Assembly: GCA_030390025.1 (NCBI GenBank)
Contig: CM059432.1
Location: 84,756,001 to 84,820,000 of the forward strand
Source of the DNA: Squalus acanthias
Lineage: Eukaryota
Direction of reading: 5' to 3'
DNA length: 64,000 nucleotides
In this document: one piece after another, positions 45,549-58,642 of the stretch
Layout of the letters: each line of letters starts with the position of its first letter
How positions within the stretch are numbered: position 1 is the stretch's first letter
Program-made: the position numbers and the translations under genes
Notes under the pieces: model-generated
Told to the model about the DNA's origin: nothing
What the model saw: only the letters and a program-made list of their open reading frames with translations
Database searches by the model: none

Positions 45549-45659
45549 CCCAATCATAAAACCACTTGGCTTGTTAGGATATATTGTTGTTTTCTCTTGG
45601 TCAACTTGGTTAAGAAACCAATAGGGAAGTTTCTCCTCCAAACTGGTATGAAGAGAAAC
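45549..45659 (-). CDS. TRPA1: TRPA1 exon (after the TRP-like helix)
   Basis: 111 bp, AG/GT boundaries; VSLHTSLEEKLPYWFLNQVDQEKTTIYPNKP vs human VELHTSLEKKLPLWFLRKVDQKSTIVYPNKP. Confidence 0.93.
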
Positions 45660-45762
45660 CTGCAGGAATAGAATTGATTCATTAGAAATGTTTTCATGAT
45701 AATGTTACATTTCTTCCTTCTTCAGAAAGATTGAACATCTTCACTGAATCATAAAGACTAAC

Positions 45763-45831
45763 CTGCATTGTAATCCTTTTTAAGGATGCAGTTCTCTGGA
45801 CTTCTGCAATGTCTCCCACAGCTAAACCAAT
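45763..45831 (-). CDS. TRPA1: TRPA1 exon (S6 end and TRP-like helix)
   Basis: 69 bp, AG/GT boundaries; IGLAVGDIAEVQRTASLKRITMQ. Confidence 0.95.
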
Positions 45832-47321
45832 CTAAATTAAAAACAAAAGATATGTCAGAAATTGTTTGCATCACGAATGTCAAATGAATAGACTCTCTTA
45901 TCAAGGTTTGTATTCCAGACATAGGCCATGTATCAACTCTCCCAGTTTCGGTAGGAGTCTCACTAATGAGATTACAACCTCACGCCTTCACTTTCTTCAC
46001 AATTTCTCCTTTACCTTTGCTGCAGAGTGAGAAAAATCAAAATAATAGAGTTGCAGAATTTATACCACAGAAGGAGGCCACTTGGCCAATGGTGCCTGTG
46101 CCTGTGCTAACACTTCAACTGGAGCTATCTACTCTAATCTCATGTCCCTGCCCTTCTGATATATTCTTTTATATTCTTCATTTTCAAATACTTATCTATT
46201 TCCCTTTTAAATTACATTATAGTCTACGGGGTAGAGTTTCCGCTAGGTTGCGCTGTTCAAAATTGGCCAAACCAGCGCAAAAGATCGAGGAATTTCAAGC
46301 GCAAATTTTATCCAGCGCAAGTTCAGTTTCCATGATCTTTTGCGCTAGTATAAAAAACATCGCGATGGAAGCCAGCCCACAAGGCTGGCCACACTCCCAG
46401 ATCAAATTAATCACTATTGTGAGTATCCGCTAATTGAGCCCGTTTATTGGCCTTCGAGGAGGCTCTTAAAATTAAGCTAATTTTTAGGAGCAAGGACACT
46501 AATAGGCACCTTTTAAATATTTAAAAGTATTTAATTTACTTGGAAATTGATTACTGTACACCAATGAAACTAGTAAATTGTTCTGTATAGTTTTTTAAGT
46601 CATTTTCAGTTATTTAAAATCAGGTTACTCACAGGTAGTGGACTAGACACCAACATTCCCTACAAGGTACATCTTTGCCGGTCCCGCATAGCCGACCAAA
46701 AGGGCCGGGAAGTCGGTGGGAAGAAGCTCCCCAGCCAATAAAATTGCATGGCTCAGAAGCCGTCGCCAACAACCTGTCCCCAGCACAAGGTACGTGGCTG
46801 CCAGGGCTCAGAGGCGGGGGTGGAAACGCAGTCATTGAAGGGGATGGGAAGCCAAGAGAAGGGGAGGACCAAGGTGTCCCTCAGGGGCCCAGAGGAGCAC
46901 TTCTGTTCCTCCTGGCCCACGAGGAACCTTACAAAAAAAATGTAAACTTCCATTCTGGCCCTGGCTCCTGTTCCTGGCACAGTTGGCCTGGCGGGAAAGC
47001 TACCAATGCTCCCCTGTGCAGGTAACGTGTAAAAATAGCAGTCAGGCGTCGATGATATCATCAGTCCGATCTACATATTTACAAAGGTCACTTCCAGCTT
47101 CGAGCGGGTATCTTTGCTGCCTGCAATTTAAAATTGCAGTCGGATAAATCGGGGCAGAAGCAGTATGGGTAAGCTCCCCACTCCATTTATTTTAACTGCC
47201 CCTGCCTGGTTTTTGGCAGGTGGTGGGGGTTAAATTTTTACACTCTTTCACTGTTAAGCCTATCAACATCTTTCATAATTTTCAAACCTCTATTAAACCT
47301 TCCCAACCTTCTCTGCTCCCG

Positions 47322-47676
47322 TGATAGAGTGGTTACAGAGAGAATGTTTCCACTTGTGGGGAAGAGCATAAGTAGAGGCCATCAATATAAGATAGTCACC
47401 AAGAAATCCAATAGGGAATTCAGAAGAAACTTCTTTACCCAAAGAGTGGTGAGAATGTGGAACTCGCTACCACAGGGAGTGGTTGAAGCGAATAGTACAG
47501 ATGTATTTAAGAGGAGGCTAGACGAGCATATGAGGGAGAAGGGAACAGAGGGTTATGCTGATAGAGTTAGATGAGGAAAGACGGGAGGAGGCTCGAGTGG
47601 AGCATAAACGCCGGCATGGACTGGTTCGGCCAAATGGTCTGTTTCTGTGCCGTATAAACTATGTAGTCTTATGTAA
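47322..47676 (+). mobile_element. CR1 LINE 3' end
   Basis: SRGHQYK...FRRNFFTQRVVRMWNSLP...FKRRLD plus 3' UTR hairpin and tail. Confidence 0.85.
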
Positions 47677-48167
47677 TAACTTCTTTGCTTTTATATTCAG
47701 TGTTCCTATGTATAAAACCTAGAATTCCATTTGGGATTTTTTTTTGTCAGCTGGGTATCTGACAAAAGCAAAAAAAAATCACTGTATTTAAGAGTCTCCA
47801 ATTTAAGCTGTTTAGAAAACTACACCCACTTATAGGATTTATGTTTGGCTAATATGGAGCGAACATACTCTTCCTATAGGGACACATTCCACTTACCCAA
47901 GTCCAGAGAGCTTGGGCACAGGTTGGCAGAGCCAAGGCTTAGGAACTCCCAAGTGTGCACAGAGGTACTGCTGCAATTTAGTCAGTGAAACACATGCAAC
48001 ACGGAGCACTGATAAGCTACCCACTACATGTTCAGCTAAGACCATACTGCCCATTGCATCATTGATTTACATGGTTATCTGCATCAACTGAGTAAAATCC
48101 AGCTCTAAGTGATAGGTCTACACCTTCCAGGTCCAATAGTGAGCCCGGCCATCTGGTTAATCATTAG

Positions 48168-48665
48168 AATTCAGCCAATTCGATTCACTCCATGTGATAT
48201 CAAGAAACGGCTGAGCGCACTGGATACAGCAAAGGCTATGGGCCCCGACAACATCCCGGCTATCGTGCTGAAGACTTGTGCTCCAGATCTAGCCACGCCT
48301 CTAGCCAAGCTGTTCCAGTACAGCTACAACACTGAAATCTATCCGACAAAGTGGAAAATTGCCCAAGTATGTCCTGTCCACAAAAAGCAGGACAAATCCA
48401 ACCCGGCCAATTACCGCCCCATCAGTCTACTCTCAGTCATCAGCAAAGTGATGGAAGGTGTCATCGACAGTGCTATCAAGCGGTACTTACTCACCAATAA
48501 CCTGCTCACAGATGCCCAGTTTGGGTTCTGTCAAGACCACTTGGCTCCCGACCTCATTACAGCCTTGGTCCAAACATGGACAAAGGTGCTGAATTCCAGA
48601 GGTGAGGTGAGAGTGACTGCCCTTGACATCAAGGCCGCATTTGACCGAGTGTGGCATCAAAGAGC
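48168..48665 (+). mobile_element. CR1-group LINE internal RT fragment
   Basis: KAMGPDNIP...NYRPISLLS...QFGF...LDIKAAFDRVWH, then an abrupt switch to Harbinger sequence. Confidence 0.85.
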
Positions 48666-49086
48666 TTATGGTGTGTGCTGCACCGGACACCATCTTGGTG
48701 AGGGCAGTAGAGCGGGCGTTAGGAGCGTGCACTGGAAGTATGCAGAGTGCGCTGATCGTGACACCAATCAGCATGCAACGCTGATTTGACGCTAACGCTG
48801 CCATTTTGGTTGTCAAGGCTGGAGATAATGCCTTGTGTTAATCACACACAGCTGAACATGCGTTCAGCATCAACAAGGATCCCCTACCAGCGATATTTAT
48901 AGGGATCAGCAACCACTCTAAGGTTAGTTGCTGATTGATTTCTACTGGCTCTGTGCATGTTTGTGGAACTGTTTGGAGCTTTCTAGAGTTGTTTAAAGTT
49001 GGTGAGGTGACAGGGAGTGGTGCTGCAAGTGGAGAAGGCCTTGCTACTGACTTCAAGGATTTTAGTCAGAGCACTTGCTCCCAATC

Positions 49087-50185
49087 ATGGGTGTGCTAGT
49101 TGCCATTTCCCTTGGCCTGCAGCATGACAGGGAAATGGAGCAGAGGAAGCGAAGAAGAGGAAAAGCTTCACACAGAGGGAGGGGGAGGAGGGGGAGAAGG
49201 GCTCTCAAAAGGAGGCCTTACCCACCTTGGGTCTTCCGAGAGCAATTCTCTTACCTCGGCCTGAGCCAGGAACAGTATGTGAGGCGTGTGAGCTTTACAA
49301 AGAAGGTGCTCACAGAACTCTGCCACCTCTTTCAACCAGCCTCACATCAGGGCAAGGACAGCGCTGCCAGTGACTATGAAGATGACTGTAGCCCTGAATT
49401 CCTTTGTGTCAAGATCCTTCCAGGCTGGAGCAGGCTACATCTGTAACATCTCACAGTTCACTGTCCACTGCTGCATAAGAGAGATGACTGACGCTCTTTG
49501 TTCCAGGCGAGGGGACTTCATTGTCTTCTCTCTGAATAGAGAGAAGCAGGCGGAGTGTGCACGTGGTTGTGCCAGGTAGCGGGTTTCCCCATGGTGCAGG
49601 GCACCATCGACTGTGGCTTTGTGGGCACTGCATCTAAATGCTGAGATGTACCGCAACCACAAAGGTTTCCATTCACTCAATGTGCAGTTGGTGTGCGACC
49701 ATGCTCAGCATATCATGATGGTGAATGCCCAGTATCCTGGCAGCAGTCATGATGCTTTTATTTTGCGCCAGTCTGCTGTTCCTTCAGTCTTTGAGCCACC
49801 ACGACAAACCAGAGGCTGGCTGCTATGCGACAAGGGCTATCCCTTGAACACTTTGCTCATGACTCCACTCTGCAACCCAACCACATGCGGCCAGCATGCG
49901 TAAAATGAGAGCCATGCTGCCACACGAAATATCATCGAGCAGACCATTGGGGTGCTGAAGCAATGGTTCCGCTGCTTGAACCGCCCTGGAGGAGCCCTGC
50001 AGTATTCACCAGAGTGCATCTCAAGATTCGTCGTGGTCTGCTGCATGCTCCACTACCTCGCCATCATGAGGGCACAGCCCTTGCCACCAGGAGGAGGAGG
50101 AGGAGGAGGAAGGGAGGAGGCAACCCAGACAGCCCCTTTCTGCCATGCTGTCCGTGATCGACTCATCCGACTGCGGTTCCAGTGA
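49087..50185 (+). pseudogene. Harbinger DDE transposase (HARBI1-like), disrupted
   Basis: GTIDC, YRNHKGFHSLNVQLVCD, YPGSSHDAFIL, LLCDKGYP, RNIIEQTIGVLKQWFRCL; stops and frameshifts. Confidence 0.88.
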
Positions 50186-50652
50186 ACGCAACCCCAATTC
50201 CGCATTCACCAACAGTCCCACATCTTACCATCCCTCTGATATTCACCAACACAGTGTCCTCATGGCCACAATGCTGAAATAAAAGCCAACATAAAGCAAA
50301 AACATCCAAATCAACATTATATAACAATCCATCAAATATTACATAAAAGAGTCAACTAATCACCCTTGTGCATTACCTTAGTGCTTGTCCTCCATGTGTC
50401 TTTGCCTGTCCTAGTACTCCTACAAAGTGTTACCCCAGTGGCTGTCAAATGGCTGGTGGAAGGCTGCTGACTTTCAGTGGGAGAGACTGCAGATGGCCTT
50501 GCAGGATGACCTCGAGCACCTCTAGGCTTAGAAGGCCCGACTGTAGACTGCACCACCTTGGCATGGGCTGCAGCAGTCTGGGCTAGCTGGCTGACAAGCA
50601 ACAGCAAGGGCACTGGCGGAGTGGCATTGGTGGGAGCATGAATGCTGTCATC

Positions 50653-52280
50653 TTTTTTTTTATTCGTTCATGGGATATGGGTGTCAATGGCAAGGCCAGC
50701 ATTTATTGCCCATCCCTAGTTGCCCTTGAGAAGGTGGTGGTGAGCCGCCTTCTTGAACCTCTGCAGTCTGTGTGGTGAAGATACTCCCACAGTGCTCTTA
50801 GGGAGGGAGTTCCAGGATTTTGACTCAGCGACGATGAAGGAACAGCGATATACTTCCAAGTCAGGATGGTGTGTGACTTGGAGGGGAACTTGAAGGTGAT
50901 GGTGTTTCCATTGCGCCTGCTGCCCTTGTCCTTCTAGGTGGTAGAGGTCGTGGGTTTGGGAAGTGCTGCCGAAGAAGCCTTGGCGAGTTGCTGCAGTGCA
51001 TCTTGTAGATGGTACACATTGCAGCCACGGTACGCCGGTGGTAGAGGGAGTGAATGTTTAAGTTGGTGGATGGGGTGCCAATCAAGCGGGCTGCTTTGTC
51101 CTGGATGGTGTTGAGCTTCTTGAGTGTTGTTGGCGCTGCACTCATCCAGGCAAGTGGAGAGTATTCCATCACACTCCTTACTTGTGCCTTGTAGATGCTG
51201 GAAAGGTTTTGGGGAGTCAAGAAGTGAAACAGTCGCCACAGCATACCTGGCCTCTGACCTGCTCTTGTTGCCACAGTATTTATGTGGCTGGTCCAGTTAA
51301 GTTTCTGGTCAATGGTGACCCCCAGGATATTGATGGTGGGGGATTCAGCGACGGTAATGCCGTCGAATATCAAGGGGTGGTGGTTAGATGCTCGCTTGTT
51401 GGAGGTAGTCATTGCCTGGCACTTGTGTGGCGCGAATGTTACTTGCCACTTATCAGCCCAAGCATGAATATCATCCAGGTCTTGCTGCATGTGGGCATGG
51501 ACTGCTTCATTATCTGAGGAGTTGTGAATGGTACTGAACACTATGCAGTCATCAGCGAACATCCCCACTTCTGACCTTATGATGGAGGGAAGGTCATTGA
51601 TGAAGCAGCTGAAGATGGTTGGGCCTAGGACACTGCCCTGAGCAACTCCTGCAACGATGTGCTGGGGCTGTGATGATTGACCTCCAACAACCACGACCAT
51701 CTTCCTTTGTGCTAGGCATGACTCCAGCCAGTGGAGAGTTTTCCCCCCGATTCCCATTCACTTCAGTTTTACTAGGGCTCCTTGATGCCAGACTCGGTCA
51801 AATGCTGCCTTGATGTCAAAGGCAGTCACTCTCACCTCACCTCTGGAATTCAGCTCTTGTGTCCATGTTTGGACCAAGGCTGTAATGAGGTCTGGAGCCG
51901 AGTGGTCCTGGCGGAACCCAAACTGGGCATCAGTGAGCAGGTTATTGGTGAGTAAGTGCTGCTTGGTAGCACTGTCGACGATACCTTCCATCAGTTTGCT
52001 GATGATTGAGAGTAGACTGATGGGGTGGTAATTGGCCGGATTGAATTTGTCCTGCTTTTTGTGGACAGGACATACTTGGGCAGTTTTCCACATTATCAGA
52101 TAGATGCCAGTGTTGTAGCTGTACTGGAACAGCTTGGCTAGAGGCACAGCTAGTTCTGGAGCACAGGTCTTCAGCACGACAGCCAGGATGTTGTCGGGGC
52201 CCATAGCCTTTGCTGTATCCAGTGTGCTCAGCCGTTTCTTGATATCACGCGGAGTGAATCAAATTGGCTGAAGACTCTCT
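50653..52280 (-). mobile_element. CR1-group LINE, 5'-truncated (RT region and 3' UTR with A tail)
   Basis: 148- and 298-aa RT fragments with AQGSVLGP and FADD. Confidence 0.9.
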
Positions 52281-52717
52281 TCTGTGGTGGTTGGGACCTC
52301 AGGAGAAGGCTCCTCCAGAGAGAGGACAGCAGGTTCATGCTCCACGGAGCCACTGCCACTCCCATAGTGAGATTATGTAGGTGCACCTGTGCCCCTTCAG
52401 GTAGCCCCTGCTGGCTCCGATTTTGAGCGACCTTGTTCAGCAAGAGAAAGTGTGTCAGTGAGTGTGGTGTAATGTGTTTGGGTGATATGGCTGCCATGGT
52501 TGAATAGCTGACAGTGTATGCAATCTGTGAGATGTGGGTGTGAGACTTGCAGCAGTGGTAAGTATGTAAGGGTCAGGTGAAGCTATGAATGTGAGGTTTG
52601 AGTCGTGTTTTGCAGAGATTGTTGGTAGGTGAGTGATGGGGGTGTGGTTCACTGAGCATTGTGTGAGGCTAGTGGTGCAGATGGTGGGATATGGCATTTG
52701 AAGATTAATTCACTGAC

Positions 52718-52957
52718 CTTGACCACTTATGTGATGTCATTGAACTTCTTCCTGCACTGAAGCCAGCTCCTCAGGGCAACACTGCTGGCATTGACAGCTA
52801 TGGCAGTCTTCTCCCATTGGCATTTTTGAGTTTGCCTGAAGGGCCTCCTGGGCCCCTGTGGAAATATGGCCTCTCTCCTCCTTTCCACCTCCTGCAATAA
52901 GGCCTCCAGTGCTGCATCAGAGAACCTTGGCGCACGCTCTCTCCCCTGTTGTGACAT
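52718..52957 (-). pseudogene. Harbinger Myb/SANT-like DNA-binding gene, first exon
   Basis: RAPRFSDAALEALL...W...VNASS...RSWLQCRKKFND, donor AAG/GTCAGT; premature stop near the end. Confidence 0.8.
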
Positions 52958-54385
52958 TTGCACTGTCTCCCCTAGCCAGTTGCATGAGCTGCTGCAGGCA
53001 GAATGCACCTCCCCTTTGAAAGGTGCAGGCTGCCTTTAAGAAGTGCAGGCTAGCTTTAATTGGTGCTAGCCTCGCATGAACTGGGGCCCCTACTGAGCGT
53101 CAGTCATTCAGCAGAGCGTTCAGCTCTGGGCTGAATGCTACATCATTATACTTAGCAAGCAGCCGAAAGTCACGTGCTGCCTGCATTCCTTTCAACGGGA
53201 TCTTGTTCCCCATGCCCGTTTTCGGGAGCAATCCAATTTTTAGCCAAAAACTATTTATCCCTATTCTTTGCTTTCTACTCCTGAACCATTCTTTAATTAT
53301 GCACTTATCTCCCTTTTGCCATGTGCCATCATTTTCATAATGTCTTTCACGTTGCACCTTATCAAACAACTTCTGAAAATTCATACACACATCTATTTAT
53401 CCATGCATTCTGATTTCTTGAAAAAAATTCAATTAGTCAAACAGGACCTGCCCTTTCCAAATGCATGCTGACTGTCCCTGATTAAATCATGCTTTTCTAA
53501 GTGTTCACTGGTTTATCTCACATTATGGACTTTAGAGATGGAATTTTGCAAAGTTGCACTCCCGAAATGGAGCCTCACAAGTGGGGAGCGTATATTAGGA
53601 ATTTGATTACATGCTCCCAAGATTTGCATTCTCAGTGGGTGAAGATCCATGCCAGAAGTGTGGTTTTATAAAATTATCCTTTAGAAGTTTACTCACAGCC
53701 GAGGTAAGATTTATTGCCGTATAATTTTGCTGGCATTTCTGGGTCTGTTGTAGACTAATTGATAGAGAGTGATTGCTGTGATTAGTCAACAACTCCATTA
53801 TCATTGTATAATTTGACTACCAGGGTGGCAGAAGATGAACTAGATGGACCATGGTCTATTTTCATCTAGCTATTCCTATGTTATTTCCTCTTTATTGAAC
53901 AGGGGTGTAATATTTGCCACCTTCCAGTCCTTCAGCATAATTTCTATTTCTCAGTTCCCAAGAGGATGTTATGGGGATGGATTATCCTAGCATTGAAAGC
54001 AATAATGAAAGCTATTAAAACTGTGGTTCTCACGGTAGCAGAATATTCCTTAATTATGGATTAGTAGCACTTACACCTATTTTTATGAAGACAGAAATGA
54101 AAAAAAGAAAATGAAAATGGACTGAATAGGGAAAACAGAGAGAAAATAAGACATAGAGAAAATATACTGATATCATGGTTATACTGCACTGATGGGCACA
54201 CTGGCGGTAATTTTAACTTTTATCATCGGACAAAAACGGGTGATAGTGAATTTATATTAAATTTATGTAATGCCCTACCACATCTCTGAGCAGCATCTCA
54301 AATTGCTTCATACAAATCACTTTTGAAATGCAATCACTGGGGCATTTACTGTGATTATGTCAGCAAATCTACACATAAAACTTAC

Positions 54386-54568
54386 CAGTAAATTCATGAG
54401 GAGGATTGGCAAAAGCAACATAAAAAGAATTAGCATTGTAAATGTCAGGATAGGGTATGGCAGCCGGTTTGTGTTATATGGGACAAAAAAGTTCTCATTG
54501 TAGTTAATATCACCCAACATCATTACAAGTATCTTCATCAGAGAAAGAACAGGATTTCCAAATGCCAT
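54386..54568 (-). CDS. TRPA1: TRPA1 exon (pore helices, selectivity filter, S6)
   Basis: 183 bp, AG/GT boundaries; MMLGDINY...PILLMNLL. Confidence 0.96.
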
Positions 54569-56243
54569 CTGAAAAGAGAAAATGGATCATCACAGTATCC
54601 TGTCAATCAATTTTAAATGAATACATCAAATATTCTTGCTTCTGAAAGTGTGTTTTCCTCACATCTCTGTGAAATGCCTTGGGACAGTTTTCTACAATAA
54701 AGGCATGATGTAAATGCAAGTTCTTTTTGTGTCTAAAACTGACAAATAAGAATCTAATAAATATTATGCCATATGTATGTGTCTGGGTGCGTCTAGATGT
54801 ACCCCACGCCCATATTCTGATGATGATCTACCATTTATAGAAGAAACTATTGTAAACTAGTTTAGTAAATGGTAACATTTTGGACAATGTTTCTGAACCC
54901 AAAGCTGCATATGTTTTCAAATTTTAAATAAAAAATGTTGATATATTTATTCATTAATGATTGCTCATGGATAGTAAATATACTGAGGAGGACGGTGCAT
55001 GGTCCAAAAATCTTTTTCCAGCAGAAGTTATCATATGTGCTGTACAAATTATAAGAGGATCCATTTAAGTTTTGGAAATAAATGGGAAGCAAACTGAATC
55101 AGTATTTGTGATCTCGACTGCTGGACGATGTAATTTAGAGCTTTAATTTCATCAGCAATTAGAGCATTGAGCTCGGGTCAAACAGGGGGAAGCACTTACC
55201 TTCTCCCTGAAGTTGTCCTCACCTCCCTTCAGCTGCTGGGTTTCCCAAGGCCTGGTAAACCCGGCCGGCCAAGGTTAAACCTGCAAAGCAGGTTAAATCA
55301 GAGGCTGCCAGCCTCATCAAAATATTTAAATTGCCAACCCACAATCAGACTAACTTCCAGGCGGGGAACATGTCAAAGCAAAACTATGCACGCTGTGGAG
55401 TCAAAACTCCACCCCTCCCGCCTACGTAGCCCACTCCTGTCAAGATTCAGCCCAATGCTGTTCCAAAGAAATCCAGCTGTTCTTAAGTAAACTTCATTTA
55501 TTTTAATTTAATATAAAAATTCTACCTTTCCACCTGTGGTATCTATGTCAGTAGCATAAAATCCTGACAAATAGGCATTTAAATGTACGGTCATCAAAGG
55601 AAAATAATTGATGCTGTAGAAGAAATAAATGGAAAATGTGGGAAGCTTTTAATGCCAATCTAATGGGAAATCCAGCACTATGACAACAAAGCCACAAACA
55701 TAAATATAATAAGAATCCATGAGAAAACTGCATAAAAAAGAAATAAGGAGATCTGCTGAGCTTAACAATGGGCGCTCTCCTTTCTCTGCTATAAAACTAT
55801 GCAGTGTATTCTGCTTCTCATTGCACCAAAGCTATCATTAACCTGTCATTAATGTAGTTATTTGTAATAAGTGTTAAGTAAAAATAAGAAAAAAGCATAC
55901 TTATGTTACATTTTCCCTGCAGGATTCATGGTATTCCACAACAGTATAGAAAATATAAGAACAAATTTCTGTAACTGGTGCCAAAATACAGAAAATGTAA
56001 AATCATATCCAAAATTGCGTGTCAAGACTAACAGAGCACTTTAAACAATTCCTCAACGTTGGCCAGTGCATGCTACACCAAATAATATTGGGGGACTTAC
56101 TTGATGTCAAAATGTCCTGTTGGTGCATTTACATTAATTTATCTATAGCTCGGATCCTGCCCACTGCCACTCAGGTGAACAAAAATAATGCTTTTATATT
56201 TTCTTTATACTTGACTATGAACTCCTAACAGTGGGGCACATAC

Positions 56244-56373
56244 CTGCTCAAATAAAAGAATGTAGAAGGTCAATCCAAAAGCCAGGATAAGGAAGAAAAA
56301 CAGAAAAATAATACGTAACAAGGTCTTCAGAATCTCCCCAAACATTACAACATAGATTCCACAAATATCGAAT
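56244..56373 (-). CDS. TRPA1: TRPA1 exon (S4-S5 linker and S5)
   Basis: 130 bp, AG/GT boundaries; (R)FDICGIYVVMFGEILKTLLR...LAFGLTFYILL. Upstream exons were not found in the window. Confidence 0.96.
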
Positions 56374-56583
56374 CTGAAGAATAAACACAAATACAACCAT
56401 AAAAACCTGCACCACGTCTATATGAAAATTATCATAACATTTATCTTTGTGTATTCTCTTTGTAAATCACCACGGTACTCCCGAACCATTGTTTGTTGTA
56501 GTCTAAAACAACTTTCTGCTACCTAGAGCTACCGGGTCTCAATTCTCCCTGGCTTCCAGCACTGAAAAAAAAAACATTTACAG

Positions 56584-58630
56584 TCCAAGACTGTCACTGA
56601 CCTCATCTCCTCTGGAGATCTTCCCCCCACGGCCGCCAACCTCATAGTTCCCCAACCCCGCACAGCCCGCTTCTACCTCCTTCCCAAGATCCACAAACAG
56701 GACTGCCCCGGTAGACCCATCGTTTCAGCCTGTTCTTGCCCCACGGAACTTATCTCTTCCTATCTCGACTCTATTTTTTCTCCCCTTGTCCAGTCTCTTC
56801 CCACCTACATCCGCGACTCTTCCGATGCCCTCCGCCATTTTAACAGTTTCCAGTTTCCCGGCCCCAACCGTCTCCTCTTCACTATGGACGTACAATCCCT
56901 CTACACCTCCATTCCCCACCAGGATGGCCTGAGGGCGCTCCGCTTCTTCCTTGAACAGAGGCCCAACCAGTCCCCATCCACCACCACCCTCCTCCGCCTG
57001 GCTGAACTTGTTCTCACATTGAACAACTTCTCCTTTGACTCTACCCATTTCCTCCAAGTTAAAGGTGTTGCTATGGGTACCCGCATGGGTCCTAGCTATG
57101 CCTGCCTTTTCGTGGGATATGTGGAACACTCTTTGTTCCAGTCCTACTCGGGTCCCCTCCCTCACCTCTTTTTCCGGTACATTGATGACTGTATCGGTGC
57201 CGTCTCCTGCTCTCGCCCTGAACTAGAGCATTTCATTCACTATGCTTCCAATTTCCACCCTTCCCTCACCTTCACATGGTCCATCTCCGACTCTTCCCTT
57301 CCCTTCCTCGACTTCTCCATCTCCATCTCTGGGGATAGGTTATTGACCAACATTCACTACAAGCCCACTGACTCCCACAGCTACCTGGACTACACTTCCT
57401 CCCACCCCGCCTCCTGTAAGGACTCTATTCCATTCTCCCAGTTTCTCCGTCTCCGCCGCATCTGCTCTGATGATGCCACCTTCCATACCAGTGCTTCCGA
57501 CATGTCTTCCTTTTTCCTCAACCGAGGATTCCCCTCTACCGTGGTCGACACGGCCCTCGACCGTGTCCGTTCTATCTCCCGCACATCTGCCCTCACCCCT
57601 GCTCCTCCCTCCCGGAACCACGATAGGGTTCCCCTTGTCCTCACCTTTCACCCCACCAGCCTCCACATTCAACGGATCATCCTCCGCCATTTCCGCCACC
57701 TCCAGCGTGATCCCACCACCAAACACATCTTCCCCTCACCTCCCCTTTCAGCATTCCGTAGGGACCGCTCCCTCCGCGACACCCTAGTCCACTCCTCTAC
57801 CACCCCCAGCACCCCTTCCCCTTTGCCCGGCACCTTCCCGTGCACGCGCATGAGATGCAACACATGCCCTTATACCTCCCCTCTTCCCACTGTCCAGGGC
57901 CCCAAACACCCCTTCCAGGTGAAACAGCGATTTACTTGTACTTCCTGCAATTTAGTATACTGTATTCGCTGCTCACGATGTGGACTCCTCTACATTGGGG
58001 AGACCAAACGCAGATTGGGTGACCGCTTTGCGGAACACCTCCGTTCAGTCCGTAAGGGGGACCCCGAGCTCCCGGTGGCCTGTCACTTTAATTCACCGCT
58101 TCACTCCCACTCTGACCTCACCGTCCTCGTCCTATTACACTGTTCCACGGAAGCTCAGCGTAAGCTCGAGGAACAGCACCTCATCTTTCGTTTAGGCACG
58201 CTACAGCCCTCTGGACTCAATATCGAGTTCAACAATTTTAGATCATAACCTCAGCTCCAATCACATTTATATTTTATTTTATCCACCCTTTTATTTGTCC
58301 CCCCCACCTTTTTTTTCCTCCTAGAAGCTGGCAGCTGTCCTTCATTCTGCCAGTGGATTTCACACTTCATTCAGCCTTAATCTGTCACATTAACACCACC
58401 TCTAGCCTTGCATATCTCTTAATGTCTCTTAATGTCTCTTCATCTCCCCCTTTGTTCCTTTATCCCCTCCCCCTTTTCCCAGCTTTACCCTGGCCTTAAA
58501 TCTATTTGATTTCCGGCTCTTCCCAGTTCTGATGAAAGGTCATCGACCTGAAACGTTAACTCTCTTTCTCTCTCCACGGATGCTGCCTGGCCTGCTGAGT
58601 TTTTCCAGCGTTTTCTGTTGTTATTACAGA
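56584..58630 (+). mobile_element. Young 5'-truncated Penelope-like element; frame open about 56584-58248 (RT plus GIY-YIG)
   Basis: FYLLPKIHK, MDVQSLYT, GVAMG, RYIDD, LVYCIRC..LYIGET with no disruption, then 3' UTR/pLTR. Confidence 0.93.
58523..58563 (+). ncRNA. Minimal type I hammerhead ribozyme motif in a Penelope tail
   Basis: AGTT-CTGATGA, stem AGGTC-ATC-GACCT, GAAA-CGTT-AACT. Confidence 0.65.
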
Positions 58631-58642
58631 AATGTAAATGTT

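Larger units (their letters stand above)
48666..53245. mobile_element. Decayed two-gene PIF/Harbinger transposon (transposase on +, Myb/SANT gene on -, convergent) with a LINE inserted
   Basis: Both diagnostic genes present; right terminus AATCCAATTTTTAGCC; left end not resolved. Confidence 0.8.

Noticed and set aside
48109..48789. 226-aa ORF as a novel RT fusion gene
   Set aside because: Chance read-through from flanking DNA across a LINE fragment into Harbinger sequence.
49087..50185. Domesticated HARBI1 host gene
   Set aside because: Stops, frameshifts, the partner Myb gene and a transposon terminus show a decayed transposon.
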